DNA from: Octopus vulgaris
Taxonomy: Eukaryota
Reading direction: 5' to 3'
DNA length: 64,000 nt
Assembly: GCA_951406725.2 (NCBI GenBank)
Contig: OX597833.1
Location: 73,098,001 to 73,162,000 of the forward strand
This document shows, piece after piece, positions 52,483 through 62,699 of the stretch (the first letter of the stretch is position 1; each line of letters begins with the position of its first letter). Below the pieces are notes generated by a model, which was not told the origin of the DNA, did no database searches, and saw only the letters and a program-made list of their open reading frames with translations. The position numbers and the translations under genes were made by a program.

Positions 52483-55399
52483 CACACACATATATACATA
52501 CATAAACAGGGGTTGAACAAAATAATGGAAACACCTTAAATTTTCAAACAAATTAATTTTAATACTGGGTAGGACCACTTTTGGCCATAATTACAGCTTG
52601 ATTTCTTCAAGGTATGGACTCGTATCATAAATGTTCAGTAATATTGAGATCTGGGGTCTGTGGTGGCCAGATAAGATGTTCAACTTCATTAGAATGTTCC
52701 TCGTGCAATTAAGTAACGACTTTAGCTGTGTGCATTGGTGCATTCTCATCCTGAAAGATTGCATTTCCCTCCGGAAACAGTTCCGCAACCATAGGATGAA
52801 TTTGATCAGATAAAATGCTTAAATAGCCTTGACTCTGCCATGAAAGGAAACCATTGGGCCAGCGGATTTCCAAGATATAGCCTCCCCCACCCTTGCCTCA
52901 GATCATCACAGATCCTCCTCCATGTTTAACAGTTGGAAGAAGGCAGTCTGTGTTAAATGCTTATTTTGGCTGTCTCCACACATATACTCGGCCAGTAGTC
53001 GGAAATAAGATAAAGGATGACTCGTCCAAGAAAATAACATTGGTCCACTGCTCTAGGGACCAATTCTGTAAGTTTTTACTCCACTCTAAACACTTTGCAA
53101 CGTTTGTTTTTGAAAGTAGTTGTTTTCTGATTGCAGCCCTTCCATGAAATCTGGCTTTGTGCAGCTCCTGGCAAAGAGCTTTTGTGGAAACTGGGTTCTC
53201 GAGGTGGTCATTAAGCTCTGCAGTTATTTTGGGGGCTGTACTTTTGTGATCCTTTCTAACAATTCGCATAAGAGTCTGACGGTCCCTATCTGAAAGTTTT
53301 GATTTTCTTCCGAAGTTTTGTTTTGTTGAGAAGGTTTTTCCCTCTTTCTCAAAGGCTGTCATTACTTTCGAGACAGTACTTCGGGATACACCAAACATTT
53401 CAGCTGTTTTCGTTATGCTAGCACCTGCCATACGAGCACCAACAATTTGACAACTTTGAAAGTCTGATAGATCTGTCATTTTAATGAACTTGAATTATCT
53501 TTTTCTGATGATATCTGAAAAGAAACAGCAATTTTAGCAAAACATATTAAGCAACACTAATAATAAATCAAAAACATAAAAATAAACAAGCTTTTGATGG
53601 TTTTATAGATATTTCAAAATTATGATGCTAAGTGTTTCCATTATTTTGTCCACCCAACTGTATACCTCTTACTTTCTTTTACTTGTTCCAGTCATTTGAC
53701 TGCAGCCATGCTGGAGCACCGCCTTTAGTTGAGCATATCAACCCCAGAACTTATTCTTTGTAAGCCTAGTACTTATTCTATCAGTCTCTTTTGCCAAACC
53801 ACTAAGTTACGGGGACGTAAACACACCAGCATCGGTTGTCAAGCGATGTTGGGGAGACAAACATTGACACACAAACATATACACACACACATACATACAT
53901 ATATTTATATATACATACGACAGGCTTCTTGGTCGGCCCGAGGCTATAGTAGAAGACACTTTGCCGAAGGTGCCACGCAGTGGGATTGAACCTGGAACCA
54001 TGTGGTTGGTAAGGAAGCTACTTACCACACAGCCACTCCACTCCGACGTATGTATATATATATATATATATCACTCGAAAAGAAACTCCAACCTTGTCCA
54101 ACCTTCACATTTCATTCACAATCCTGAAAGGAAACTCTCTAAAGAATGGAGCTGTGCAGTATGAAATCACTAAAGTCTGGTCAGAGAGGGACCAATGGTT
54201 TCACATCCATGAAGCCACAGCCTTGTGGACAGCTCATAAGACAAATTGAACTCATCAGCTCTTGGAGGTACAGAAACGCTGTCAATTTGTCATCAGAGAA
54301 AAAAAAAAACGTTAGTGGACATAGGTTGTCTCCCCTTGACCAGCGATTCATTGGATGTGATGGAGAGTGGAATTCGTTTTTGTCTAATTTGATGAGTTGG
54401 CCACAAGGCTGGTCACTCTATGACTAGACTTTAACTTTACTGATTTAATACTCACACACAGGCGTAAATATTGGGCTTTATATGTGTGTGTGTGTTTGTA
54501 ACTCCTTTGTCTTGACATCATGTGATAGTTGCAAATGGCCATCACCACCATAAAAACTATGATTTGGAAACATTTATAGTTATATGTCTACACAAACACA
54601 CAGACTAGGGAGCAGCCCCAGACTCACCTCTGTTTATTGTCTAAAATATGCGTGTGTAATTATATATAATCATCATTATTTCCCATCCATTTTCCATGCT
54701 GACATCGGCAGGTTGGTTCCACAGAAAGAGGCAAATCAGAAGACACCAGCAAACTCTGTCCTCTGCTTTGACCTGGGTTTTCTGGTTGGATGACCTTCCT
54801 AATGCCAACTGTTTTCCAGTGTGTGGACTGGGTGCTGAGGTCAGCAGGGAATTTGCAGGACAAAGAGGCCATCTACTGGAGTGTGGGGTGAGTATTGAGA
54901 GGCAGAAAGGTGTCTTCCATTAGAAGACAGACATGGTTTCCTCAGAGAGAGCAAGAGGAAAGATGATGTAAGCAAGTGTCGGGTGCAGGGGTCATACACC
55001 CAAGCTGCAGGGTGAGGCATATAGTAGGGGGAACCAGGAATTTTGAAAGGTGAGTGGAAACTAGAGATGGGGGGGGGATTTAACAGGGACATAGTGTGTG
55101 CAGGTAGATAAGTAGGTGGATAGGTGATGGGGAATGAAAGAGAGGGAGGGGGGAAAAAGTAGTGGTGAGCATGGGTGGGTTGTGGGAGATGGAATGGGTC
55201 GGGTATATGGCTTCTACTTTGCTGGGTGGGTCTTCTGAAGCGCAGCATATCTTCAGTTGTCTCAAACCATTGAATTATGAAACTCCTTGACATTACTCCT
55301 CAGCTATGATGCCCATATACGACTGAATGGTTACCCTTATTTAGACAGCAAGGAAGAATTCACCCACACAACAATGGCAGCAGATGTGATGCGGCCTCG
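5314..55399 (+). CDS. CLCN3: ClC-3/4/5-like H+/Cl- exchange transporter, spliced CDS span (15 exons, 3'-incomplete)
   Basis: Exons join in consistent phase with GT-AG boundaries. The protein has [29 protein letters not shown] (gating Glu), GGVLFSLEE (proton Glu), GLFIP, GIY (central Tyr) and DVMRPR (start of CBS1). The symbol denotes the ClC-3/4/5 subfamily, not strict 1:1 orthology. Confidence 0.96.
9903..10308 (+). mobile_element. 5'-truncated RTE LINE (second family) with (TGA)n tail and 11-bp TSD
   Basis: [20 protein letters not shown]...[11 protein letters not shown]...AMMDREVWR; tggggtcagtt at 9892-9902 and 10309-10319. A diverged minus-strand relative lies at about 38385-38830. Confidence 0.9.
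10820..11240 (+). mobile_element. Degenerate Penelope-like element, GIY-YIG endonuclease region
   Basis: Frameshifted fragments [49 protein letters not shown] and NRKNELF follow the order of the PLE endonuclease pattern CPLxGxC / HxxSF / LSxYIW / IKW / CxLCLxEK / LNxRxE. Confidence 0.65.
15964..16182 (+). CDS. CLCN3: CLC exon 2
   Basis: ttccag|GG...GCCG|gtcagt; [29 protein letters not shown]...DAWSGW; phase 1 to 1. Confidence 0.96.
17318..17975 (-). mobile_element. RTE 3' UTR fragment with internally expanded tandem subrepeats
   Basis: Reverse complement of 3020-3465, with a (CAT)n tail and repeated tgccactggcac and cactcgaatggtg units. Confidence 0.85.
22423..22494. repeat. (GGT)n microsatellite, representative of many (TA)n, (CA)n, (CT)n, (CAT)n and (TAA)n tracts in the window
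   Basis: Seen directly; other examples are (CT)n 5898-5965 and (TA)n 30223-30264, 30672-30719 and 61063-61102. Confidence 0.95.
23903..24345 (-). mobile_element. Two tandem copies of tRNA-derived SINE family B
   Basis: Minus strand shows A-box-like and B-box (gagttcaa) motifs, a core ttcatcctttcggggtcgataaa..aagtaccagt and a (TTA)n tail; other copies at about 873-1040, 21925-22095, 41795-41975, 44770-44915 and 45213-45320. Confidence 0.85.
24740..27700 (-). mobile_element. CR1-like LINE ORF2 remnant, split by a pogo insertion
   Basis: Minus strand: [36 protein letters not shown] (26860-27378), then [19 protein letters not shown] and [14 protein letters not shown] (24943-25419). Confidence 0.9.
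25521..26794 (-). mobile_element. Internally deleted pogo-like DNA transposon
   Basis: Imperfect TIRs (ctgcaaaaacctatgtaatttacacc / ggtgtgcaaatttcatgggtttttatga) with flanking TA; minus-strand remnant SFTAKEKL...[16 protein letters not shown] resembles a pogo N-terminal DNA-binding domain; a second copy of one end lies at about 49282-49461. Confidence 0.75.
28785..30222 (+). mobile_element. Near full-length decayed mariner transposon
   Basis: TIRs ttgggtcatctcacaaataatgcg / tgcattatttatgggatgattcaa in TA context; transposase pseudogene about 28968-29997 with [22 protein letters not shown] and [14 protein letters not shown] motifs, carrying stops and frameshifts. Confidence 0.93.
30721..30920 (-). 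mobile_element. Short non-autonomous repeat between (TA)n tracts carrying a degenerate hammerhead-like motif
   Basis: Minus strand gtttCTGACAA-A-GAGC-tct-GCTC-GAACCGTTaaat at about 30818-30852. Confidence 0.5.
31815..32210 (-). mobile_element. Full-length tRNA-derived SINE family A
   Basis: Minus-strand head gtggctgtgtggtaagtagcttgc...ggttcagtcccactg (A/B boxes), central gccttgtaagtggatttggtagacggaaactgaaagaagccc, 3' ctccagcatggccacagtcaaatgactgaaac; other copies at about 34818-35118, 42050-42200, 53675-54040, 60270-60385, 16690-16810 and 52300-52440. Confidence 0.88.
32236..33260 (-). mobile_element. Old, deleted RTE LINE copy
   Basis: Reverse-complement similarity to 2083-3465 (tail motif, and ACVxTAMLHGS and LPLLVT regions); a similar copy lies at about 40683-41360. 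Confidence 0.75.
35270..35841 (-). mobile_element. Three tandem SINE family B copies directly upstream of exon 3
   Basis: Three repeats of caactggtacttattt...gaaagg...gtcaacc. Confidence 0.85.
35871..36019 (+). CDS. CLCN3: CLC exon 3
   Basis: ttgcag|GT...CAG|gtcagt; [34 protein letters not shown]; phase 1 to 0. Confidence 0.96.
36643..36807 (+). CDS. CLCN3: CLC exon 4
   Basis: ttctag|TGG...GAG|gtaagt; ends [12 protein letters not shown]. Confidence 0.96.
37723..37929 (+). CDS. CLCN3: CLC exon 5
   Basis: ttgcag|ATA...GAG|gtaagg; [15 protein letters not shown]...[12 protein letters not shown]...NEAKKRE. Confidence 0.97.
39560..39640 (+). CDS. CLCN3: CLC exon 6
   Basis: atgaag|GTC...GAG|gtaagg; [27 protein letters not shown]. 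Confidence 0.97.
42313..42495 (+). CDS. CLCN3: CLC exon 7
   Basis: cttcag|GTC...GGT|gtgagt; [15 protein letters not shown]...[12 protein letters not shown]. Confidence 0.97.
42695..42784 (+). CDS. CLCN3: CLC exon 8
   Basis: ttccag|GGA...GAG|gtaagt; [30 protein letters not shown]. Confidence 0.95.
43482..43537 (+). CDS. CLCN3: CLC exon 9
   Basis: ttgcag|GTT...AG|gtatgt; [19 protein letters not shown]; phase 0 to 2. Confidence 0.94.
45408..45911 (+). repeat. Minisatellite: 6 near-identical copies of an 83-bp unit
   Basis: Units start at 45408, 45491, 45574, 45657, 45740 and 45823; only two substitutions seen. Confidence 0.97.
45952..46020 (+). CDS. CLCN3: CLC exon 10
   Basis: atttag|A...TG|gtaagt; [23 protein letters not shown]; phase 2 to 2. 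Confidence 0.93.
46312..46453 (+). CDS. CLCN3: CLC exon 11
   Basis: ttgcag|T...AAA|gtgagt; DYNRS...[23 protein letters not shown]. Confidence 0.95.
47262..47347 (+). CDS. CLCN3: CLC exon 12
   Basis: ttccag|GTG...GT|gtaagt; [27 protein letters not shown]. Confidence 0.96.
49049..49173 (+). CDS. CLCN3: CLC exon 13
   Basis: ttacag|G...G|gtaagg; [23 protein letters not shown]; phase 2 to 1. Confidence 0.96.
49575..50256 (-). mobile_element. Chapaev3-like (CMC) DNA transposon, internally deleted
   Basis: 11-bp TIRs cactggtcaac / gttgaccagtg with taa on both flanks; minus-strand [16 protein letters not shown]...[27 protein letters not shown]. Confidence 0.8.
51438..51552 (+). CDS. CLCN3: CLC exon 14
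   Basis: tttcag|TG...AT|gtatcctttt; [39 protein letters not shown]. Confidence 0.96.
51553..55303 (+). other. U12-type (minor spliceosome) GT-AG intron
   Basis: 5' splice site GTATCCTTT; branch site TCCTTGAC at 55284-55291, with the branch A 13 nt before the intron end; no real polypyrimidine tract. Confidence 0.92.
52507..53660 (-). mobile_element. Tc1-family transposon (decayed), inside the U12 intron
   Basis: TIRs cagggggttgaacaaaataatggaaacac-like at both ends; ORF 52961-53479 [19 protein letters not shown]...[12 protein letters not shown], and a downstream [10 protein letters not shown] motif. Confidence 0.92.
55304..55399 (+). CDS. CLCN3: CLC exon 15
   Basis: cctcag|C...CG|gtaagt; [32 protein letters not shown]; phase 2 to 2. 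Confidence 0.96.
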
Positions 55400-57779
55400 G
55401 TAAGTACTTAAAAAAATGCAGCAGCCCTCAATCACCAATAAAACATTTCTGTTTGCTAAAGTCGTTAAGCTGCAAATTGCTGATGTATCTAATGAGAGAA
55501 GTTTGAGTGAATATCACTGGAATTTGTCAAATTTCTGTGAAAGAATGTTTTTTTCTTTTTTTTTTTTCTTTAGGTGGTGTGGTTTCTCATCTGAACCATT
55601 TCCTCATCCAATAAATATTTCTGGTTTCATTTTTGCCATTAATATACCTATATAAACAGAATTTGAGACTCTCCCCCCCTCTTTCTCCTTGCTCTGTTTC
55701 TGTCTTCCTCTTTCTCTCAAACATTCCCCCATCCCTATTTGTTCCTACATTACAGAATCTTATTCTATAGTAAAGGTGATATCTTTAATCAAGATGGTAT
55801 TTGGACCTCACTATTTTAGTCACTAACACAGATGCTGTAATTCACTCATAATAATTGGTGCTAATTCTCAACTAAGAATTCCTGTTTTCCTAAACTTACT
55901 GTTGAGGTTTTTGCTTGCTCTGATAGCAAAACTTTTGCATGCCTTGTCACTCCTGCTTCATATAAAAACCATTTTCTCTGTGTGGAGATGGGTGACAGTT
56001 ACTCAATTTTACATACAGTGTTTTCTTACCCTGTGGTCTAGGTTGTACATTCATCTAGTTTACAGTTTGGAATCAAAAATATGATTGAAGGTTAAATTTC
56101 TTTGCATGGAGACATGATAAAAAGATTTCTTTCTTATTCAAGATTACAACCATGTTCAGTCAAATTCTGGAGTTCTTCTGTCAGACATAAACAACAGTGT
56201 CCACAGAAGCCGTTCTCTGCTACGTTCCAGGCGGCAGCTCTTGATTTTATCACTTTGATCTATGGTTGCTGCCACTCCACTATTTTTTTTTGTTAAGAAA
56301 TCAGATATATTTTGAAAGGAATTTTAATTTTCACTTATTTTTGAACTTAAGGAATCTTAGCCTTAAAGATGTTTTGAGTTAACCTATCAGGTTCGATGTT
56401 TTTACTGTACAGTCTTCCAATTCTACATCTTCTGTTTATGCTATTATTTTGACAGACATTTCCTATTCAAAGACCCCATTGAGCTGTCTCTGAAATTGTA
56501 TTTGGTTTTGGTTGGTTGTTCCATGTTTATAGACTTTTGGCTTTAGAGATTCGTAATTCTGTGTCACCCACACAGCTTCTGTTGATAATTAGGAAGACTT
56601 TTGTTGTAGATCTTCTGACACCCGCATAAAGTAAGAAAGTGCAGAGTGATTAAAATGAGCAAAGACCATGCTGGTTAGTTTTGTGGCTATTTTCAAACTC
56701 TTTTGGGAACTAAACCAGAAAATATTTCCATTTAATGCTGGGCCTTGCTTTTATTTACTTTCAACATTTCGGTTATGAATTAAAACCACACATCTAGCAA
56801 TGGGTCTGTTAGGGCAGTTTTGTTGAATATTTTCTATTTGATCATTGGTTAAATATGAACCAACTAACATTTCCTGTGATGTGCTGTATAATCATGGGTG
56901 TGTGTGTGTGTGTTCTCCATTGACCTGACCATAAAGTTGGTATTTGTTGATGTTTAGGTTGAGTTTTGGAAATTTCCTATCTTCAAGTTACAAGAATGAA
57001 GATAAGTTTCTATGTTAACTTAATACATTCTTCATCATAATCGTACATTCTTCTGCACATATTTCTTTAAGGAAAATATGTTCTGTAAAAGTATTTCTTC
57101 AGTCAGATTACATCAACTCACCAGAGATTGTATAACAAACAAGCAAAAATTCCTGCCTTAAATCACTTGACAGAAACATTGTACAGAATCCAACAGGTGT
57201 AGGGATCAAAAAATTTCATTAAATACCTTAAAAGGTGAAAGTTTCTTATCATCATGTAGGTGTGTCTGTTGTAATGGATGAAGACAAATCTAAAATATCA
57301 GATGTCAAAACTAATAATGATCTGTTATTTTTATTTGACCACACCTAGGTAATTAAAACATTGACTTTCACATAAGCTGTGGTAAATATAGTTGAACATA
57401 CATAGAACTGATGGAAATTAAGACAGAATAAGCTTCATCAATCCATGTTTGATGGTGCAATCTGATAGGAAGAGATTTCTGAGAAGTTAGAGTTTAGGGC
57501 AGCCCATAGGCTGGAAATTTTGATATGGAATTTGCTTAGTTAACGCTTTGCTGATGTCTTGAGCAACAACATTGCATTCATGGAACTTGTTTCAGTCATT
57601 GGACTGTGGCCATGCTGGGGCATCTCCTCTAAGAGTTTTATTGAACAAATCAGCCCCATTACTTTAAGTCTGGCATTTATTCTATCAGTCTATTTTGCTG
57701 AACTTCTATCTGACCCATGCAAGTATGGAAGAGCAAATGTTAAAGAAAGGATTAAAAAAAATGATTTAATTAGGAAAAG

Positions 57780-59045
57780 AGGGCTTGAATTTTGAGATAA
57801 TAATACAAGGAATGTGTCGTTAGTGAAGTGAAAGTTGGTAACAAGTTCACTGTGGAATTTAGAGTATCCTCAAGAGTTTATCGAGACTTGGTTCTTAGCT
57901 CACCTCTTATCGTTGTTCTCTAAGCCATAATCAGAAAGTCTCAGACCAACTTCCATGGAAATTTCTGTGTATGGATGAGCTGAGTTTTATAACTGAAAAT
58001 GTGGAAGGTTTAGAAAAGCAATTCCAAATGTGGGAAGAAGGGTCAGGACAGCAAAGGGCCCTCAGGGTTAACTGAGCAACAAAGTAAAAATTTTAATTTC
58101 TAGTAAGAAAGACAGAATCAAGGAAATGGCCCTGTTTGATGTGCTGAAAGACTAGAAAAGAATTCTATTTGGTGTCCATGTACCCAATTTAAAATAGAAA
58201 TGTGCAAGAGATGCAGTGGGATGCATGTGAGAGGCAGATTGGCAGAATAGAAATGAGCAAAAGTTGTTAGCAATAAAAGCACCACTGAAAACTCCAAAGA
58301 AGCAGTTGACAATTTCTGTTACAAAGCTGACTTCACCCTTCTGATGTCATATTCCTCCTGGAATACACTTTGTTTGTCTGAATTAATTTTGAAAATAATT
58401 AAGAGCTTGGTAAAATTTCATCCATTAGTAATCTGGTGAGTGGAACATGAAATGTTAATGAATGGTTTTAATTAAGTTTAATTTGAAACAGGAAATCCGA
58501 ATCACAGAACTGTCAGTCGCAGGTATTTTGGTATCAAAGGAGTTAATTAGCTGTGGGGAGGAGTGGGGCACTCCATAAACAGAGCTATGAGAATAAGGAC
58601 AAGGTGGATAAAGTTTAAGGGGCTATTACGTAGACCAGCAACACTTGAATTCTGTTTGAGAGAGGAGGAAAGGTAGATTGTATGAAGTGTGATGATGCCT
58701 GATGTAGAGGCAGGAAAGAAATGAGGAGAAGCTTCAATACACTGAATGTGTAATGTTAATGTGCACGGAGGAGATTGAGGTGAGTTGAAAGAAAGAGTAG
58801 ATGTAAAAGGAATCGGATTTAGAACAGGTGTGTAGTGATTATGGATGATTACAGGTAGCAAAGTGTCAGGAGATCTAAATAGAAAGAAGATACAGCAGAG
58901 AAAGACTGGGCAAGTCATAAGCAGGGAGAAAGGTGAAAACTGATTTCATTGTGTTGAACCATATAAAAAAGACAACAAAGAATCCTACAATGCCAAGAGA
59001 CAGGAACCATCTAACCCATGCAACCATAGGAAAATGGACGTAAGA
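57780..59045 (+). mobile_element. Highly decayed RTE LINE copy
   Basis: Patchy similarity to 2083-3465 (aagggccctcagggttaact, ggaaatggccctgt, tail aacccatgcaaccataggaaaatggacgtaa). Confidence 0.65.
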
Positions 59046-60377
59046 AATTATGTGTGTGGATGTCTATGACTACACTGGTATGTATTTAGTTGTTTATATT
59101 GCATCCTTTTATATCCTGTAACTTAGTCGTTTGACAAATAGGGAAGAATGCAAATAAGAACTGGTCTGAAATAAGTACCGAGGTTGATATGGTTAACTGG
59201 CAGTACCCAAGTATGGCTGCAGTCCAATGAGTGAAACCAGTAAAAGAATGCCTGTGTGTTTGCAAAGTATGTATTTGTGTGTTTTTGAGTCTGTTTGGGT
59301 GGCCATTGGTGGAGAGGGTTTTACGGGTCCGAATGCAAGTCATACCTCAACTGCTTTTAGATTTCCTCTGTTATGACTCACAGAGGAAATGCTGGGTCTG
59401 TTCTTTAACATGCCAGTCCCCGTCTTGCTCAGTAGTTGTGAGACTTGAACAGTGTCTGGGACCCTTAGGGGTCATCTGAATGGTTTTGGGTCTAGGATTG
59501 TCAAATGGGATTTCATATCCAACCAACCATACTCAAAAACTGGGATGCTGTTTGTTATGATTCAGGTAAATCAGCTAAGATTGTTTGGTTGTGTTGCTTG
59601 CTTTTCCTCTTTGGATCCTGCATAATCATTTTCTTTTCTCTGAGGGTCCAGCTGGGTGAGGGCTTGCATTGGTCAGCCATGGGGTTATGACAGATGAAGA
59701 AGATGGGGACTGGCTGGGATGCTGCTCAGACGCTTGCCTCAGACAACCTGAGCAACAAATACTGAGAAATGGCAGATACAGTAACAGGCAGCCATGGTGC
59801 ATGCCCCTCCATACTTGGATCGTCACCTGTAAATGCTTGGATGTCTGCTTCTCTTATTATTATTCCGGCTATTTTAAAGCAAGTTTTAGCAGAGACATGC
59901 ATTTCAACATGAACAGGTACATGCATGTAACAACTCCTGTTTACAGGTGCCAAACATACAGACATCTTTCATCCATAGATACACACACACACACACACAC
60001 CATGAAATCCTTAAATGCATACCTGTACATTAACACACCAACATTGCCCTTTGTCCTATTCAGGTTAATGAGCTTTCAACTCAGTTTTTTATGCAACATT
60101 TTCCCTGCTCCCACCGTCACATCCTGGATGTTTTGTTGGATCAAAATTAGGGAGAGGATCCGTGTCAGCTTGTGAATATGTATGACATCTAAAACCATTA
60201 GTGGAACATGGTACCTGCCAATACCAAATCATTCTTGATTGCAAGTAATAGGGTGATACACACACACACAGTAGGCTTCTTTTAGTTTCCTGCTACCAAA
60301 TCCACTCACAAGGCTTTGGTCAACCCAGGGCTATAGAAAATGCTTACCCAAAATACTGTGTGGTTGAGGAGCAAGCT

Positions 60378-60419
<42 letters not shown>

Positions 60420-60873
60420 TGGATGAATTTTGTTAAAAGCTAAAAGCCTGATTGCAAAGAAGCAATAAAGACCGAAAGAGCTGCGAACATTGGACCGAAA
60501 TAATACTTGGTAATAATGTTGATAATGATTACCTCATCATCATCATCATCATCATCACCAGCAACAACAACAACAACAACTACAGTAATGAGCATGTGTG
60601 GGAGCCTCTACACATTCACCCAACCATCCAGAAATAACATTCAACTCTCCCTCAAACCAAATCCTACCATCTTGTGTATGAACTGATGTAGACAAGATGG
60701 TCACAGCTGGAAAGTCATTCATCATAGGTCTGTTCAGTCAGGGTTCACTTGGAACTAAACAGCGACTGACACCACCACCACCACCACCACCACCACTTCA
60801 TGTTTATCCATTTTAACAGTTTGTTTGTTTTTTTATTTTTATTTTTTTTTTGTTTTTGTTTTTGCCTCCCAAG

Positions 60874-60897
60874 GTACTGGCGATATGGACTGGGCGT
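60874..60897 (+). CDS. CLCN3: Candidate 24-nt alternative microexon of the CLC gene (R-YWRYGLG-V)
   Basis: About 50-nt T-rich tract, tgcctcccaag acceptor, consensus gtaagt donor, length a multiple of 3, no stop in the phase-2 frame. Confidence 0.65.
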
Positions 60898-61023
60898 GTA
60901 AGTGTTCTCTTTTCCAATACTACTGAGTCTCGCTCTCATCTCTCAACCTCTCTCTTAACCCCACCCCCCAGTGCTGCCTTTGTAGAATGCTTCACCATTT
61001 ATTTATTTATGTGTGTGTCTCTT

Positions 61024-61106
<83 letters not shown>

Positions 61107-61580
61107 ACATACATATATATGCATGTGCATACATGATATATGCATATATATATATGTATATATACATAGATGCATGTGCATATATATATATATACATATA
61201 TATATATGCTTATATCATAAAAAAAACGACTCCTTGGTTGCTTGAACTTTTCTTGTTGCTCTAAAACTTCTGTGTCTTTTTTTTTTATTTGTTTTTGTTT
61301 TTATGGGTTTGTTTGGTAGTTTGGTCATTTTCCTCATAATTGCTATTAAGTCTTTTTGGTGTTGCTGTTGGTCTTGTTGTAGTTGTTCACTGTTGTTTTA
61401 AACTATATTAGTTTGCTGTCTCTTTTATTGGACTGTTAACTTCTGATTAAAGTCACTCATGCACTCATTTGAAAAGAAAGCCATTATTATTACTATTATT
61501 ATTATTAATATTTTTTCACCTGCCTCTGTCATTACTCATTCATGTCTGATCTGTGTGTGTGTGCATACATAAGTATACCT

Positions 61581-61631
<51 letters not shown>

Positions 61632-62699
61632 TATATATTATTGTTATCATTTTAATACCAACTTTTCTATGCTTGTGTGGGTCAGAAGGAATTTATTATG
61701 ACAGATTTTCCATGGCTGGATGCCCTTGCTGTCACAAACCTTCACTTGGTTCCAAGTAAGCTGCTATTCCCCCATCTCCATGGCCAGACATGTTCTTGCA
61801 CAGCAATGGAAATGAACAACAGTGCTGGAATGGAAGTGACAGTCGTTTTGCAACTATTAGACAATATCAAGGCAAGGAGACACATGCTTACAAGTATGTG
61901 TGTGTATGCATATATGGTTCTGTGTGTGTGCTCGTGCACACATATATATAGTAAGTCTGTTTTGGGTAAATCCCAATGTGTTTTTTTATTCAGTATTTAT
62001 TACAGTTCAGATACTTACACACCAGTTTCAAACCACTTTACATATAAATGATTTTGTGTAATATAATCCACGATGTCTGTATACATTCAGCCATGGTTGA
62101 ATAGGCTGGAGTGGAACCTCTTCCAAAGAGCAGCACAGGCTGCTACTTCTAGACATGGTGATTAGTAATAGCAACAGGTTGGTTCTAGTGCAATGAGGTG
62201 CCACTCCAACCTCTTTAACCGAAGGAATTCATGCAGGTTGTGTGATTTTATACACAATGCAGTTTGAAACGGGTGTAAAGACAAACTTGTGCCACATTGG
62301 TTGCATTCTTGGACATACACGGATACACATCAGTACAAGCTATCCGTAGCTTTCGCATCAATGGTAGTGAAGATGGTGCTGTTGTCGATGAAGATGGTCA
62401 GAGGTCTGTTGGCATCAAACTGTACCCCGCTTCATCTGTCAAAAGCCTGCTGCACGATGGAGTCAGTAACATTGAACAAAAGAGGGCAAAGCACATCTTG
62501 TTGAAGCTTGTCTTGATGGCGAATGCCTCAAAGAGATTGTCTCTGATCTGGACCAGGCTGGTTGAACCAACAGAAACTAAACATAGGAGCACAATTGATC
62601 TTGTGAAGCATTTAAAGGCGGTGCTCCAGCATGGCCGCAGTCAAATGACTGAAACAGGTAAAAGAGTAAAAGAGTAACCTTTATAGGGTGATCCCAGTT

